Source: Takakia lepidozioides (lineage: Eukaryota; Plantae; Bryophyta). From it: DNA of 64,000 nt. The position numbers and the translations under genes are program-made. The stretch lies in assembly GCA_030704615.1 (NCBI GenBank), contig CM060731.1, positions 35,526,001-35,590,000 of the forward strand, given 5' to 3'. The first letter of the stretch is position 1; each line of letters opens with the position of its first letter. The notes beneath the pieces were generated by a model. It was not told where the DNA came from. It saw only the letters and a program-made list of their open reading frames with translations, and searched no databases. This document shows positions 62,771 to 64,000 of the stretch, piece by piece.

Positions 62771-64000
62771 TTACCCAAAGTTGAATCCCCCTCCAGGGAA
62801 ACCTCCCCCACCTCCTTGAAACTGGAAGGTAAATGTCTGACCTCCCCCACCAAAGGGGTTAAAACCAGGGCCACCCCTTTGGGGCTCGTCCAGGTCCTCA
62901 CCGCTGTCATATCTACCTCTCTTCTCTTCGTCACCGAGTACCTGTTGCAAGGATTGCAATCATTACTGATGAGCGCAAACATCCACAAGGTGTTACAAAT
63001 TGCATTTTCCTTCCTCATTCTCACACACAAACAGATGGAATATGACCATTTCCACAGGTAGAAGATTGAGACCAAAGCATACAGAGGTTTAGATCCATCC
63101 AGAAGTGGGCTTTTCAAACCATTGGTCATTCCCACAGAACTACCTGGATGTGAAAATTTGGACGTCTTTTAAACCTTGAGTGGCTCTGCTGGTAGATATT
63201 AGGATATTCAACTTGGTTTCCTAGCTTCTTATAGGTCCAGCCTTTTCTTTGCTTCCAATTTCCCATTGGTTGCAGCCTTTTTGGCTCTCAATAACTTTGT
63301 CTTGACACTGCTCTTAGCACTACTTGCCCATTTTGTGCCTTTTGTTTCTGATCTCTTTGTTGACCCATTTAGATTGAGTGCATGGCTTCTGTATCTTCAG
63401 ACATGTCTGTTTGGCTCCATTTTCTTTGTCATAGTATGACCACTTTTCCCTGTCTACAATACAATAAGAGCGACTCTCTGTACCTACTCATCTGGCTCCC
63501 CATCTCATTGGTTTTGTTGACCTGCAGCGGTATGGTCCAGGTTTTCAATTCATCTGCTACCTTTCCTTCTCCTCCCAAAGAAGAGAGACGGAGACAGAAT
63601 GTACTCAGAAGACATTTTTTACCGTAGCCTTGTGACCATAGACCCTGTGCCCTGTTTGGGTGAAACGAAAGGGAACAGACACTACCTTTGTCAGGGTAGT
63701 GGGGCTTACTACGATATGGGAGGTGCAGATATAGAATGTACTCATAAGACGTTGTAGACCCTGTGCCCAGTTTGGGCAGAACAAGAGACAGAGACAGAGA
63801 GTAAGAAAGAAACTTTGAGAGGGAGAGACCTCATAAGCCTCAGCAACTTCCCGAAACCTATTTTCGGCCTCCTCCGTGTTCTCCACATTCTTGTCAGGAT
63901 GCCATTGAAGCGCAAGTTTCTTATACGCACGCTTGATTTCTGCTACTGATGCTGTTTGTGGAACACCCAGCACACTATACCAATCTTTACGTTTGCTCAC
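62771..64000 (-). CDS. P58IPK: DnaJ protein P58IPK/DNAJC3 homolog, last two exons (64000-63831, 62941-62771); 5' part outside the window
   Basis: [30 protein letters not shown]|[32 protein letters not shown], Gly/Phe tail. Confidence 0.9.
63599..63783 (-). mobile_element. Tandem dimer of RTEX-like LINE 3' ends in the last P58IPK intron
   Basis: Two atgtactca.aagac.. units (63599 and about 63736) similar to 3225-3360, flanked by agagac(g/a)gagacaga at 63584-63598 and 63784-63798. Confidence 0.8.

Overview
Eukaryotic land-plant genomic DNA with spliceosomal GT-AG introns. A non-seed plant (fern or lycophyte type) is inferred from the PLS-PPR pseudogenes, the RTEX-like LINE and the divergence of the proteins; this is not proven. 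Genes recognised: chlorophyllide a oxygenase (CAO, +), an intronless At4g39840-like membrane protein with a greatly expanded Lys/Glu-rich region (-), a plastid-type TraB/GumN-like protein (+), adenosine deaminase-like/MAPDA (-), 60S ribosomal protein L23 (-), an orphan two-exon secreted protein (-), PsaN (-), and the 3' end of a P58IPK/DnaJ gene (-). The intergenic DNA is a layered transposon landscape. It holds a Ty3/gypsy 5' LTR plus gag; a full chromovirus with TSD, non-canonical TA..GA LTR ends and two adjacent internal inversions, lying next to a CYP72-clan P450 pseudogene; and an L1 remnant. It also holds a poly(A)-less RTEX-like LINE whose 3' tip recurs in several introns at TCT target sites, a tRNA-derived SINE family (one copy split by a hAT element), a foldback MULE with about 380-bp TIRs, and a rearranged local duplication carrying PPR pseudogenes. 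No single multi-gene novel system was evident. The best leads are the orphan secreted protein, the TCT-targeting LINE tip insertions and the unusual chromovirus.
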